This document shows, piece by piece, positions 48,990 through 61,900 of a stretch of DNA of 64,000 nucleotides (its first letter is position 1; each line of letters begins with the position of its first letter). The DNA is taken from positions 1,488,001 to 1,552,000 of the forward strand of contig JAQGDQ010000004.1 of NCBI GenBank assembly GCA_030141605.1, given 5' to 3'. A model generated the notes under the pieces. It saw only the letters and a program-made list of their open reading frames with translations, made no database searches and was not told where the DNA came from. This DNA comes from Tubiluchus corallicola. Lineage: Eukaryota; Animalia; Priapulida. Both the position numbers and the translations under genes were made by a program.

Positions 48990-49775
48990 GTCTGGTTCCA
49001 AAATCGACGCGCAAAATGGCGGAAAAAAGAGAACACAAGAAAAGGTCCTGGTAGACCGGCTCACAATGCTCAACCCAGCACTTGTAGTGGAGAACCCATT
49101 AACCTCGTAGAGATGGAAAAACGAACTGCTGAACGAGATGCCAAGAAAAAGCAAAGAGCACGAGAACGTAAAGTAAAGCAACATTCAGATGATGGCAACA
49201 ACAACAACAACGAAGGTGGTGAAAATAGTGAGAGTATTAGCGGTGATACGGGTCAAAATAGTGAAAGTGAAAATTCTCAGAGTAGCTCTTCCTCCTCGGC
49301 TGATAATAATCGTAGTGACCTGCACCCTAGTCTCAGCACCAATAATGGTTTAAGAAATAACCCTTTTAGTATAGAGAACATACTAGCTGCTCCAAAAGTA
49401 CCTCGAGGCCGACGCCCAAATTCAAAGTATCCCAGGGTTCAGGCTTGTAAATCAGCAAATCCGTTTGGATTGGGCATGTATCCTTTGCACCCCGTAACAC
49501 AGCCCGTGGGTTTTATCATTCGGGCAACAGACTTAGATGATGCTTCTCAGGAAGGTGCAGTTGAACTTCCGGTACATAACACTAGCTCAAATAAATTGCT
49601 AGTTAAAGTGGATGAATTATCAAAGACAGTACATCAGAGAATGTTAGACAGTAAATTATTGCAAAAGTGCAAAAGTAATGACAAGTCTTCGCACGAAAGG
49701 TTTTGGAAGTTTGACAAGCACAGCTTGGAAGACAAAGAAAAGTGTGAGGAAGATGAAGAAATTAAAGTTTCTTAA
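48990..49775 (+). CDS. unc-4: unc-4/Uncx last exon
   Basis: VWFQNRRAKWRKKENTRKGPGRPAHNAQPSTCSGEPI (Q50 helix plus the Uncx post-homeodomain motif) and eh1 motif FSIENILA; stop TAA. Confidence 0.97.
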   Translation, partial: VWFQNRRAKWRKKENTRKGPGRPAHNAQPSTCSGEPINLVEMEKRTAERDAKKKQRARERKVKQHSDDGNNNNNEGGENSESISGDTGQNSESENSQSSSSSSADNNRSDLHPSLSTNNGLRNNPFSIENILAAPKVPRGRRPNSKYPRVQACKSANPFGLGMYPLHPVTQPVGFIIRATDLDDASQEGAVELPVHNTSSNKLLVKVDELSKTVHQRMLDSKLLQKCKSNDKSSHERFWKFDKHSLEDKEKCEEDEEIKVS

Positions 49776-51419
49776 GTTTTGCTTTGCAGTACAGTTTGCG
49801 TTTTTTTTGCAAAGTGGAAAAATAAAAGGTTTCAGGTAAACAAGAATAAAATTTAATAGCTAATATAAATAGATAATATAGCCAGTGTTAGAGTTAACTT
49901 TATAGAACTTGTGTGCATGTCAGGAGATAATGTTGTAAATAAAATTATTTAAATTATTAAGACGTCAGCTTTTCTGTAATCTTGTTTGTTATGAGACATT
50001 TATGTAAATTTAACCATCTGCATTTCTTTATCTCAGACGTATATATACAAGTTACTTAGGCTCAAAGTATGATAGCTTTAGACTGAAAAATTACAAGAAA
50101 ATACTTGCGAAAATACCCGGAAAATAATATCGTGCAAAAATACAAACATCCAAAATAAATCGCAAACTCATCTTTATGCAGCCTGGAGTCACTTTAAATA
50201 ACTTTACGGGTATAATAATCTGTGCCCTTACCTGTCCAAAATCAGACAGACGCAAATTACTAATTAGCGGATAACAGCAAGACGTTACCTGTCTCACAAT
50301 GAAAAGGTGTCCAAGTAAATTGAGAACGCCCAGAAAATTTCAATGCAAGGGAAAAATATAAACGCCTTTTAAAAGCGATGTGCCGTCTGGAAGGCAAAGA
50401 TAGACGAGAAAACGATTGCTAAAATGGAATTTTTAAGAAGCGAATCGTCTTTGCCCTCTAACGGCGTGGATTAATTCAGTAATTATAGCTCATATAGTCG
50501 AATGAAAGGGAAAACACGGAGGTTAGCTATATAATGACCGTTGCCAGCGGATCGTTTCTTGAGTACATTTTTGTCATTTTAACTTAACTGGTATCAATGT
50601 TCTTTCTTTAAAAATCAAAGCTATTTTTGTTATGAAGTCTTTGAAGATGTACAACACGAAGATGTGTGATGTACATAGCTATTGTTGGGTTGCATGAAAC
50701 ACATGAAATGCAATGCTTAGTCGATTTAAAATTAAATATACAGAAAATAAAAATCAGCGTAAATGTACGCAGTAAGGCTTTAATTTCTGTAGGCTAGAAG
50801 AAAATCTTGAAATGGTGCTTCTATAAAGTTCCAGGGACGAGTAGAATAACAGAAAAAATGCCTTTGAGATTCTTCTTTTCTTTAAATTCGTCTAGTCTAC
50901 TCTGGTAAAAAGGTGTAAAAAGACTGATTTGATGGTATTATAACAAATAACAAGTACCGCGCAGCGGCTTCGAAGGGAATGGAGCATGCGACTTCATCCA
51001 TCGTTAACAAAATGCGAATGCAACACCCAACAAAACCTCGTCTACCGTGACTTTGGTCACATGATGCAGTTAACGTCATAGATTAGCACAGTCAGTAGAG
51101 CTAAAGTACAAGACTAACAAAACGCGACATTCAATTTTCCACTTCCATGACTGATAATTCGATTAACGGCGGCTTGATTTCTACTCGGCATTTTCAGGTT
51201 AGCCGAGCAGATGAATCCCCTCGTGACGTCATTCTCAGCTGCAGAAACGGAAAAACAATTATTATTATCTGGCAAAGTATCGGTTGTCAGAACGTTGCCA
51301 GAAACCAATCAACAACCGATCCCTGAGTTACTCAGTTACGGCATCATAACCGTTTCACTTGGTGGCGTTTCAATAGCACCATTATTGCTTTTTGTTGCTG
51401 CTGCAGCTATTGCTGTTGT

Positions 51420-51720
51420 TGTGATGCTGTTGCAGCTATACCACGATGTCTCAATGGTATTGTTGCAATTGTACCGTTATATCTTCTTGGTGCTGTTGCA
51501 GCTACACCGTTATGTCTCCTTGGTCTGTTGCAGCTATACGGTTAAGTCTCCTTTCTGCTGTTGCAACTGTACCATTATGTCTTCTTGGTGTTGTTGCAGC
51601 TATACCATTATGTCTCCCTGGTGCTGTTGCAGCTAAACTATTAGGTTTTGTTGGGGTGTTGCAGGCTGCACTCTTATTGTCTTTCTGGTATTGTTGCAGA
51701 TACAACGCTGTTGTATCTCG
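51420..51720. repeat. About 33-bp minisatellite (GGTGCTGTTGCAGCTATACCATTATGTCTCCTT-like), about 8-9 units
   Basis: Recurring GTTGCAGCTA core at about 33-nt spacing. Confidence 0.85.
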
Positions 51721-54700
51721 ACTGCTGTTTTAGCCAAACCTACCACGAATTTACTGATTTTGTTACTGTACCACAACTTCTGTCCTTGCATACTTATAGC
51801 CAGACCAGATAGTCCACGTGATGTTCCAACGGCTACACATTATTACAGCTGTATTAATGCAGCCATCTTTAATTTCAGTTATTATCGTACCATTGCCTTC
51901 CCACGTGTAGTACCCCCCGGTTTTACAATTTTTTATGACATTATTGATGGATCTCGTAATTCTATCATTTATTATTGTGCCCCGATATTATGCCGCTACA
52001 CACATTCCTGGTTTCTAAAGGAATAATTGTAACTTTATTATAAATCTTTGCATGGGACGCATTTTAGGAAGCAACAAGACATATTTCAGCTCGTCTCGTG
52101 ATCGATACAAACTTTATCGCATACAGATTTTTATTAAACATGCTTAATTTTCAGTCTTAGACATGCTAGTCCTTCTCTCGTCTGCGGGCTCTGGACAAAA
52201 ATCAGCGTCAGACTGTCATCAAACCAATGAAAAACAACAATTTTGGTCACGTGTCATCTAATAATTATTTGCTGTTAAGTTTTTGAGTCCGGAAAAAATT
52301 GTCTGAGACGAAAGATTTTTTACTGTGTATGACTAGTTGTAACTGGTATAAGAGCTTTTACAGTCAAAACTTAAAAATTCTTGCCGTCTTCATGTATTGC
52401 CACTTTCACAGCATTACTGCTCTTGATATATTACATTATGATGTCATGCTACGCAACTATTATCTCTGCAATGCTATGGTTACCACACCTCCGGTTCACT
52501 TGAAAACACATTCGCGTTCTGGCTAAATTGCTACTGCACCATTCTTGTACCTATATAATATTTGTTACTAAGAAGACATCAGTAAAAATATGAAAAATTA
52601 GGAAAAGTGCACTTCTAATAAAATTTCATTTCATGTTACTGGGCGGTGTAAAGCGTAGACAGATACTCCCTTTTAGTAGAAATGTACTCCCTTTTACAAA
52701 AGCGGATGGGAATCGTGCAACTAAAACCATAAACTCTGCAAAAAGTGCAAAGTACCAACCAAGTGGCCCGTCTTCGTCCGATTTTTCCTGGGCCTTATGA
52801 TTATCAACAGACAAATTCACAAAAGCTATAAGTATTTCCCCAAATACAAAAGCACGAAATTATTGAAGATACGTCTAAGTCAGTTGCCCACCTATTCGGA
52901 ATCCAAAACTATCGCGGTTTTCAATCTACAGCCACAATTTGTTCGTTTTTGAACCTTGGGCGGCAAATTTATGTAACATTTAATGAATTTGATCAACTGA
53001 TGCAAAATAAAGCAGAGTTTAATTATTCTCCTCATCTCACAAATCTCACGAAAATGAAAAATGACTTTAAATGCTTATTCAGAAGCAGTAGACATCAATA
53101 TAATATGACATCAATTTAATTAAATAACAAAAGTTATGAGCAGCGATTGCAATCGCAGATAATCTCTCTATTAAGGGCAATGGTCCATTCTATCATTTAG
53201 TTTGGTTCTGTGCGGGTACTGTGGAACTGAAGCAAGCTAAGGCTATAAACCCTTTACTGCATGGCTTCACGATAAATTCTCAAAGATGTAATAGATTTTT
53301 TGTCAGAACGTTCCTTGCGCGAGATGTTCTGCACTTGGAAAGTAATAGGCTATGAGTTGTAAAAAAATAGTCTCATTCATTTGTTTACATTGAAAATTTA
53401 ATTCGTGGAAGCTAAAAATTTTAAAAAAATTCAAAAAACTCAATTTAGTAAATCGGTTATGAAAACATATTGTTCAGTTATAGCAGGTTGTAGTTTTTAC
53501 TCTAGCAAACATTACATTATAGCATTACATTACGTTTTTTACTCCTCTGTCTTCATTTTTCATGGTATAACTGTAAGTAAAATTAATGTTCTTATACACA
53601 TTACAAGTATTTTTTACAAATGAACAAATGAAGGCCAGTGTATCATGTAAATAACTGTAAACTATAAAACCACTAATGAACTATTAATTCAGCGCAGATA
53701 GTTCAGTAGTGCTTGCAAACAGCAACAGCATTCAAGTAATTCATATAAATAGTACCGTTTTTTAAATCGAAATTTTGGTTGTAGATAAAAAATATTGAAA
53801 CTTTAAAATTAAATTAGGTTTAGTGGTGTTTATATCAGTAATTTAGTTTGCAGCTTAAATTTTAGTGTGCTAGCTTTTTAGTTTTGCACAAGTGTGAAAT
53901 CATGGAACGTTGTGATCAGTGAAGGATGAATGCTAATAGAGAATGTGCTGTGTCGTATTTTGCGTCATCCTGCACGGCATATCGCCGGCTCATTATTTCC
54001 GATATTACTCAATAGCGTTACACCAACAAAATTCATTTTAGTTAAATCCACGTCAGACTGACGTCATCGCATCAATTCTGCTGCCGAAGGGCCGACATCC
54101 ATACTAATTGAAAACGCCTTACGTGTCTAAGTTAAGCTACAGATAGATCAAGTCTGGCTGACATTTTATGAAGATCTTCCAAATGGGATCTGCCTAGTAA
54201 TTGGTTTACACAGAACCGCTCTCTTGTATGAACGTGATTGAACATTAAACCATCATTTGAGTTCCATTACTGGCCAACATATTGCCGTATTCAGGGCTTA
54301 CAAATGAGTGTGTTTGCGGTAATTACATTTCTACGGGTAGACGTGTTTGCGTGTTTAGCCAGCTCTCGGTTGAGCAAATACGCGGCTAATACGCTTCAAT
54401 TTGCGCGACTGAATCGGCAGCTAAAACGTTTAATAAGTTAGGTTATACTGCAGATCTGTAAGAAGAGATATTTAATTAACTTGCTGATCGTTGCTTTATA
54501 CAGCCGGCCTACCGATGCTAGAAGGTAGGGTGGTTAGCCTCCCCACAATGAAATCAGTAATCTTAACTGAGATGTTTATTTTACAAAAATGAATCTTATA
54601 AATTCAACGTATCACACCCAAAGTGGTCAAATATTTCGTCTAGTTTATATTGAAAAATTCGTCTAGTTTAGTCCGCTTATACCAGACACATTGCCAACTT

Positions 54701-54914
54701 TTTTGTAATGAAAAGGAGTTTGATACAGTTTAGAGAAACTGTTAAAACATAGGAGACGATTTGTAATCGCAGGCAATTAAAAGCAAATTGGATAACTAGA
54801 ATCAATGAAGATCTTTAGTGATTGTAACAGAATGCTTTTAAGATCATTGGATTTAATGATTCATATTGCAGACAAGAAACAACAGGATATGTTTCTAAAA
54901 ACAAGCTTTGGTGG

Positions 54915-55060
54915 TACTGATGAGAATGATTATGATGATAATGACGATACTGAGGACGGTAATGTTGACAATGTTGGTAGTGGAGATGATGATAACGATA
55001 GTGAAGACAATGATGACAACGACAATGATGATGATGATGATGATAATGACGATGATGACT
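54915..55060. repeat. Imperfect (GAT/GAC)n microsatellite
   Basis: Direct observation. Confidence 0.85.
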
Positions 55061-55356
55061 CAATTATGAAAAGGTAGAGAAAAGTGCTGTATTGATGTTA
55101 AAATCAATATACTAAAATCGATATACTCGTATAATACGTTAATCGATAAGCTACTCACTTTACTGTCACAGCCAGTAACTGTTCAAACTTTTAGCCGTTC
55201 GGTTTTTAGTAATTAATTATCAATTTTTCCAATCTTAATTTAAAAGAACTTAATTGTAATCAACTGTAATGAATTAGAAACACGAAGTTACGTTACGAAG
55301 TTTGGTGAGAAACTCATTTCATCACTGGAAGAAGCTCATACTAGAGTTTCGGAAGG

Positions 55357-55498
55357 AGTTTACAATTCTCCACACAATTTAAATGCCCTAACAGTAACCC
55401 TAATCCAACCCTAACCCAACACTAACCTTAATCCTAAGCCTAACCCTAACTCTAATCCGTTTCCGAACTAATTTCGTGTGTTATGGGAATTGTAAACT
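55357..55498. repeat. Degenerate (CCCTAA)n tract enclosed by a 12-bp inverted repeat
   Basis: AGTTTACAATTC (55357-55368) and GAATTGTAAACT (55487-55498) flank about 12 CCCTAA-like hexamers. Confidence 0.7.
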
Positions 55499-55799
55499 TT
55501 AACCCGTGTTTTTAACTGGGAACCGGGTCTAACTAAGTAGGCTAATTAGGCGAGCGACTCCGGTTCTAATGAAGTGATATCACAATCAATCAGAAACTGA
55601 AACTATTTTCTAGTGCATCCAGAAAGAAGCTACAAAAGCTTTTATTTTTCATTTGCTTGTTTGCTGCTTGCTTGCGAATTTATTTATCTCTCCATCTGTC
55701 TATTTGCATGTCTGTTCATCCGTCTGTCTGTTAATGTGTATATTTTTTTCAAAGTTTATTTAGATGGCCAAGTTAATGATTAAGAAGTATAGCGATGGT

Positions 55800-55990
55800 A
55801 TCACCACTGTCACCATCAACGTCATTATTATAATTATCATCGTCATTTGGGCGGCAGCAATATCGGCGTCAGTGTCGTCACAATTATTATTAAATTTTTT
55901 ATCTCCATCGTCATTGTCATCATAGTCACCGTTGTCGTCATCGCCATCATAATTATCATCGTCATCAAAATCACAATTATCATCATCTTT
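55800..55990. repeat. Imperfect (CAT/CGT)n low-complexity tract
   Basis: Direct observation. Confidence 0.8.
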
Positions 55991-58900
55991 TCTCCTTACA
56001 AATACAAGTAAAGCACATTCTTGCGTAGAAAGCGTTCTCAAAAAGCCTAATGGGTCTGGTTCTTCCTCCATGTTTGTTGAAACAGAAAATGAATAGTTGC
56101 TTAGCTTATAAACCAATTACGTTAAGGCTGATGTAAAACCAGGATGCCCAGTTTTTTGTCATAAAGCTTTTATACAGACTAAATATTAGTAAATTAGCAA
56201 CGAACGTCGTATTAGTTTAAAAGTCCTCTGATGGTTCTAGACTCAATTAGGCTAATAGTTGAATCGATGGCAGCGCCGCCTCCATTACAACAGAATAACT
56301 TGGTTAACACAAAGCAAAGCGAGCAAATACTAAATGTTTAAATATGTCTCATGTTGATAATAGACATGTGACTGGATGCTATTCATTAGCCCATTAGCAG
56401 TGTGTTGAATACACCTAGACGCACGCCAGTGCGTACACAACGCACAATGCACTACAATGCAACCAGCCAATATACTTATTCAATAATGCTGTATTTAAGT
56501 ACGGACGCAGGAAATTAATGGTTAAAACGACAATTTAGACGTTCCGGCATTTCTTAATATGCATTTACACAGTGAAGCGGTTCACTCAAAATAGTAGCTT
56601 GTTCACACTAAAACGGTTTACTTAAAATGGTTGTAAAGTAATTGAAATTTGATTAAGCCAAAATCATCGAATTAAAACCTACTGATCGTAATAATGTATT
56701 TTGCTTTCCACTGGTTTGTATTTAATGCTCAAGGTCAGTTTCAAAGAAGGTGCAGCCTGGCAATTAGCGTTTTGCAAGCAAACTTACTAAATAACATTTT
56801 GGGTAAACCGATTTTTTAACTGTACGAGCAACGTTTCATTGTAAACAGTCTATTCATTTATTCTTATTCTTAAATTAAATAAAGAAACTAAGATAAGCCT
56901 AAATAATTAATTTTTAATATCCTTATAATTATCTCAAGTGTCTAAAGTTAAACTATGAATACCGAGCATTCAGATTCTAAAACAGATATTAATTTATGTA
57001 GATTCATAAAAATTTAGATTGCTTGGAGCTATTTAATTTAAGTGTTGTTTATTTTATCAACTAAAAAGGTACCTAAGAGCGCCATTAATTTTAATTTCTT
57101 CTAAGTGTTCTTGTCTTGTTTTGGTTAAAGTTATCTAGATCTATTAGAAAAACCACATCGAAAGAAAACAAAATTCAACGCATTATGTTATTAAAAATAT
57201 CACGTAGACGAAGCAAAAGAAGTAAGCCATTGAAAACTTCCCTGGCCCCGAATATACGTTCATCAACAAAAAGTCTACCGACCATGGAAAACGTATGAGT
57301 TACGAGCGGGCATCAGTAACTTGAATAAACAGTCCTAACTAGTAACACATTAAAAGTAAAATACTCAACAAATATTTACCTAAGGCTCGTACTACTGCAC
57401 CTGTGGACAATAATTTTAACACCTGTCTAAGCCATCACTCTACAAATACTATGTAATAATCATAATAATGACAACCAAAATTGTTAATAAAATGAACATA
57501 CGAGTATGTGGGTAAAATGTATAATTATATTTTCTGCTTTCTAAACAGAGATCATACAGTTTTTATTCACAAAGAAATGAATTTCGTTCGTTGTTATTAA
57601 CTAGGAATATTGCAATGACCAATACGTGTAACGTTTATTTTGTTCTCAAATACCGACTTTGACAAATCTATCGACCTTACCGCGCATTGTGGGGCGCTTA
57701 AATTCTTCCTATATTAACCACCGAATTTGTTTTAATAATCGGTCTGTGTAAGTACCCACCACTTTCAAATTCAAATGTTTTGAAGCTATATTTACGCACA
57801 TGCTTCTGAGAAAACATTATGTTGTAGTCTAAAAAGGCCAAAACAGTGGAAACACGTACAAAAGTTATTTGAGCAAGCAGTTTAGTTCTTCACCAGCAAG
57901 CGCAAATTATCGCGATTAAAAATATAATTTATTTATTTTATTTGTTATTTTTTCAAACTTGTTTTTTGATCTTCATAAATAACATTATTCCCGATTGGCA
58001 GAAAAATTGAAATGAAAGAAAAATACCATCAACAAAGTAGTTGTGGATTTGAAAAAGACATGACCAACTAGTGCCATTTTCCCTAAAATCTCATTGCGCT
58101 TATAAAGATGTTTCATAGGTCGATATTTTTTTCTGTAGTTGTTTCAGTAGAGGCAAAGCATATATTTTTATCATTTTTTCATCTTCTTAACGGTTTATAT
58201 TTCCATAAACCATAAAGCGTCTTTAATCTTAATACTCAAAAGAAAAAACTTGGAAAAGAAGTAGCGTGGATCATATCACGATTTTTTCAACGCACAATGG
58301 CAACTAAATGGAATAAAAACAGTAAAATACCATAAAAGTTCCTAAACGCCAGGCAGCACTATCATCAAAATATGAAGTCAAATAGAATGTTTATTCGTCT
58401 ATTCTAGACAAAATAAAACAAAAAACATGTCTTTAAATTCAAAACAAAGGAGTTAATCCAGTCAACGCTAGACACTGCTATTCCACTGACAGCAGCATTT
58501 CCGTTTTTCAACGCAGCCCCAGACCAATAACGAAAGATTTCACTAACTAAATAGACTCGAATTTGTTAGGGTCTACGTACACGACTTCGTTGGCGCCTAT
58601 ATGCATTAACTGTGGACCCTACAGGGATACATGAAGAGCTTATTGATAATTCCATTTCATTTTAACTTCATTCCATAAAATAAAATTACTGTATTGCGAG
58701 GTTTTATGATTGCTGACGATTGAAAAGCATTGTTACGTATCGGCTGCACGAGATCACGCGAGACCGGGTTTAACTTGTTTATAGGTAGGCTATTAGCAAC
58801 CTGCGGGAAACGCCTGGCAAATTTTATTAGTTTATGTCGACTTTTGCGCCGTTTCTTGCGAGTTTCTATAGAAATTCATCGTTTTATAGGCCCTACTTGC

Positions 58901-61900
58901 GATTTTAAAGGTTATTAATACACCTAAATAGAATTAGCAGGAAAATTAATAAAAAAGTTCGTTGTCACGATTTTGCAGGTCTGAGTGTGAATAAGCATAA
59001 AATTTACTGACTGGAAATGGAGACATAATTACAGGGAGGTCATTAAAAAGCACTTCTGAAAATGCAGCTGACGTTGATAAAACTTTTTTCTTCAGAAATC
59101 TCCTCACAAATTAATAAGTCTTAAAAATGCAAAGATGAAAAATATTTTTGGAAGGCAATGGTGAATCTTCAACTACTTGTGACTAATAAAACTATGACTT
59201 GAGACTAACTGTTTTAGTGACTAATAAAAAAATCACTGAGTATTTTTTACAACTTGTATTACGCAGATGCTTAGCAGAAGGCATCGCTTTCGGTACATAG
59301 TTGCATCTAGTTTCCTGCATCTACTTTTATTACTTTTATGTCGTTGTAACCATGTGTGAATTAATAATAAATGTACTGCTTGTTTAAGGTCGTTCTTGCC
59401 AAAAATTCTAGTAACGATTTCTTTACGTTTACCAGCTTACCAAGTCAGAAGGGAAAACACTGAAGACAAAACTGGCACAGACGGGAACAGAACGGGATCC
59501 TGTTTTGTACAATAGCACAAATTTTACAGTGTCACACAACGGACACACGAGTCAAAGAACCACTTTCAGCATTAAAGAAGTTGTCAAAGTACTACCTGTC
59601 AGAGGGATGGATTGAGAACTATCGGTTAAAGGACCACCAGTGGATGTGCTAATAGCAGCTTGAATGAGATTGCAACTTTTACTTACCGTTAATATATTAT
59701 CAGTGTGTCTGATGATTTATAATATATCAGTCATAATAATGATTAATAAATGTCTGATACATGCACTTTTTTGCTTTATTTTATAAAAAAAGTTGACTTC
59801 GTACATTAAACAGCAGATAGCTTTAACAGGAATACATCTTTTGTCGTCGTCGCTGGTTTTCACAGGTTTGATATTTATTCAAACTTACTACATGTGAATA
59901 ATTACGTGATTAATATGCTGCTGCACGCGTTTCGGAATTGAAAAAAGAAGACAATCATTCATTGTCATTGGGTAATATTTGAATTTTTGTCGATCGTTGC
60001 AACGAATGCATGAAACATATTGCTGCTTTTTTCTGACCTTAATTGTGTCTATCAGTGACAGGTTCCGAAATAATGCAATCATTGCTGCAATCAAAACTTC
60101 TTAAACTTCATATCATTCTAAAAAACAACATTTGCTTGTTCGATGTATTTTTATGATTATAATTTTTGGCAATCGAAGTAACATCGTATTAGCTATACAT
60201 ATATTTAACTTCATTAAAAATCAAATGTTTCTGTTAGCCAGTAACAATTGTCAATAGTACATCTATAAAATAAGATGCTATTTCTATTTTTTGACATTTT
60301 GAAAAAGCTTAAAAGTTTAAATTATATATTTCTAAACTTGCAGTACCAGCCAATTCTTCAATGAATAAAAGCAGTTTTTTAGCCTTGTGAGTAAAAAGTA
60401 CTGACAAATGATGCGCAAGTTTAATCTCTGCAAATAATATAATTATCTCAACACAAGGCAAAATGCATCTCACGTGGTTTTTTGTTGACTTTTATGTGGT
60501 CAACTAATTTTTATTTGGTGGTCCTTTGACGTGAGAAACAGAATCTTTGCCCGTGTGAGTACACTGACCGATGGTCTTTTGTCTGGTGGTCCTTCATTCC
60601 TTTAACCTACACTCATTTTTACCGCAAGACCAATACAGGTATACCGTAAAATGTAATATCTAACGAGAAATTCTCTTGCACCTGTTCACCTAGTGGAAGC
60701 ATTCATTGTACTCACGAACATAAGTGAAATTCATTTCACAAGCTAAAGACGTAATAATATTGATACAAATAAATATAACAGAAGGACGATAAAGTTAAAC
60801 CGAATTAAATCAACTTCATTCAGTTGATTAGACTAGAGACTAGGCAATAAATTCGAATTGCAACATAATGTTTTGTTGGGCAGAGCGAACTTCTGGGATT
60901 GGCTACTTCCGGTCTACTACTGACAGTAGTTTTTAAACTGATGTTATTAATAAGTTATAGGCCTGTTTAACTTCCCTTAGAAATAGGACTAGTGACTCGT
61001 GTTTACTCCCTATGCGCTATTATTGTTAAAACATTTAATTAGATTTTCATTCTGAGTAGAATTTAGTCCTTAACTATGTAGCCAGTCATGAAAAGACAAA
61101 CTGCAATAAAAGATATAACAATCAATTCCAACTCCACACAGACAACCCTGTTCCTTCGAGACATATAAATTATCATTAAGGAATAATTAAACTTATGTCT
61201 AACCATTAACCATTCAAATAACAATTTAGCTAAAAAAGTTTAGATGCTATCACATTCAAAGCAGTAGTATTTTTAAGTAAACTAAAAATTTGTTATGGTA
61301 TTAATTAATTGTTCTTACCAAAGTAAACAATAAACTTTTACTGTTAGGAATTGCTAACATAAAGTGTCAACGTATTTACAAAAAATATAATTCTATGCTT
61401 TAATTATGTAACTTTGTGACACTGCAATACATCACGTTTCATTAATTTTAACAACTGCATTTGATTATCATATTACTTTTATTATTAGTAAAAAAATTCT
61501 AAATTTGCCTAAAACACTATCCAAGCAGCAAGTTGGCATGAACATAAAAATTCATTTACCTATATGGGACTGTTTATAAGCTATATAAAGGCCCTATACT
61601 AAGTTATTAAGCCGTGGCTCAGAAAACATTAATAAGCTTAGTAATATTTGAAGAAAACATTATCGCGCAGAATTTATCGTCATTTTACGGTTTACAATAT
61701 TTTTGCATTTGTGGTGAAAAATTATAATAAATGCTTAACTTGTGAGATGCAAATATCAAAATAATTACATTAATAGTTATGTCGAAATAAGGATAAGAAG
61801 CTTGTCATTGTTTTATGTAGTCACGTGCTCTAGAACCTGCGATCTATATGTATTACGGGCTGCCTGCCTATTATATCATAATATGCAAGAATTGTTTCGT

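Noticed and set aside
54805-56116. Asp-rich and His-rich ORFs
   Set aside because: Derived from GAT/CAT simple repeats, with no splice or domain support.
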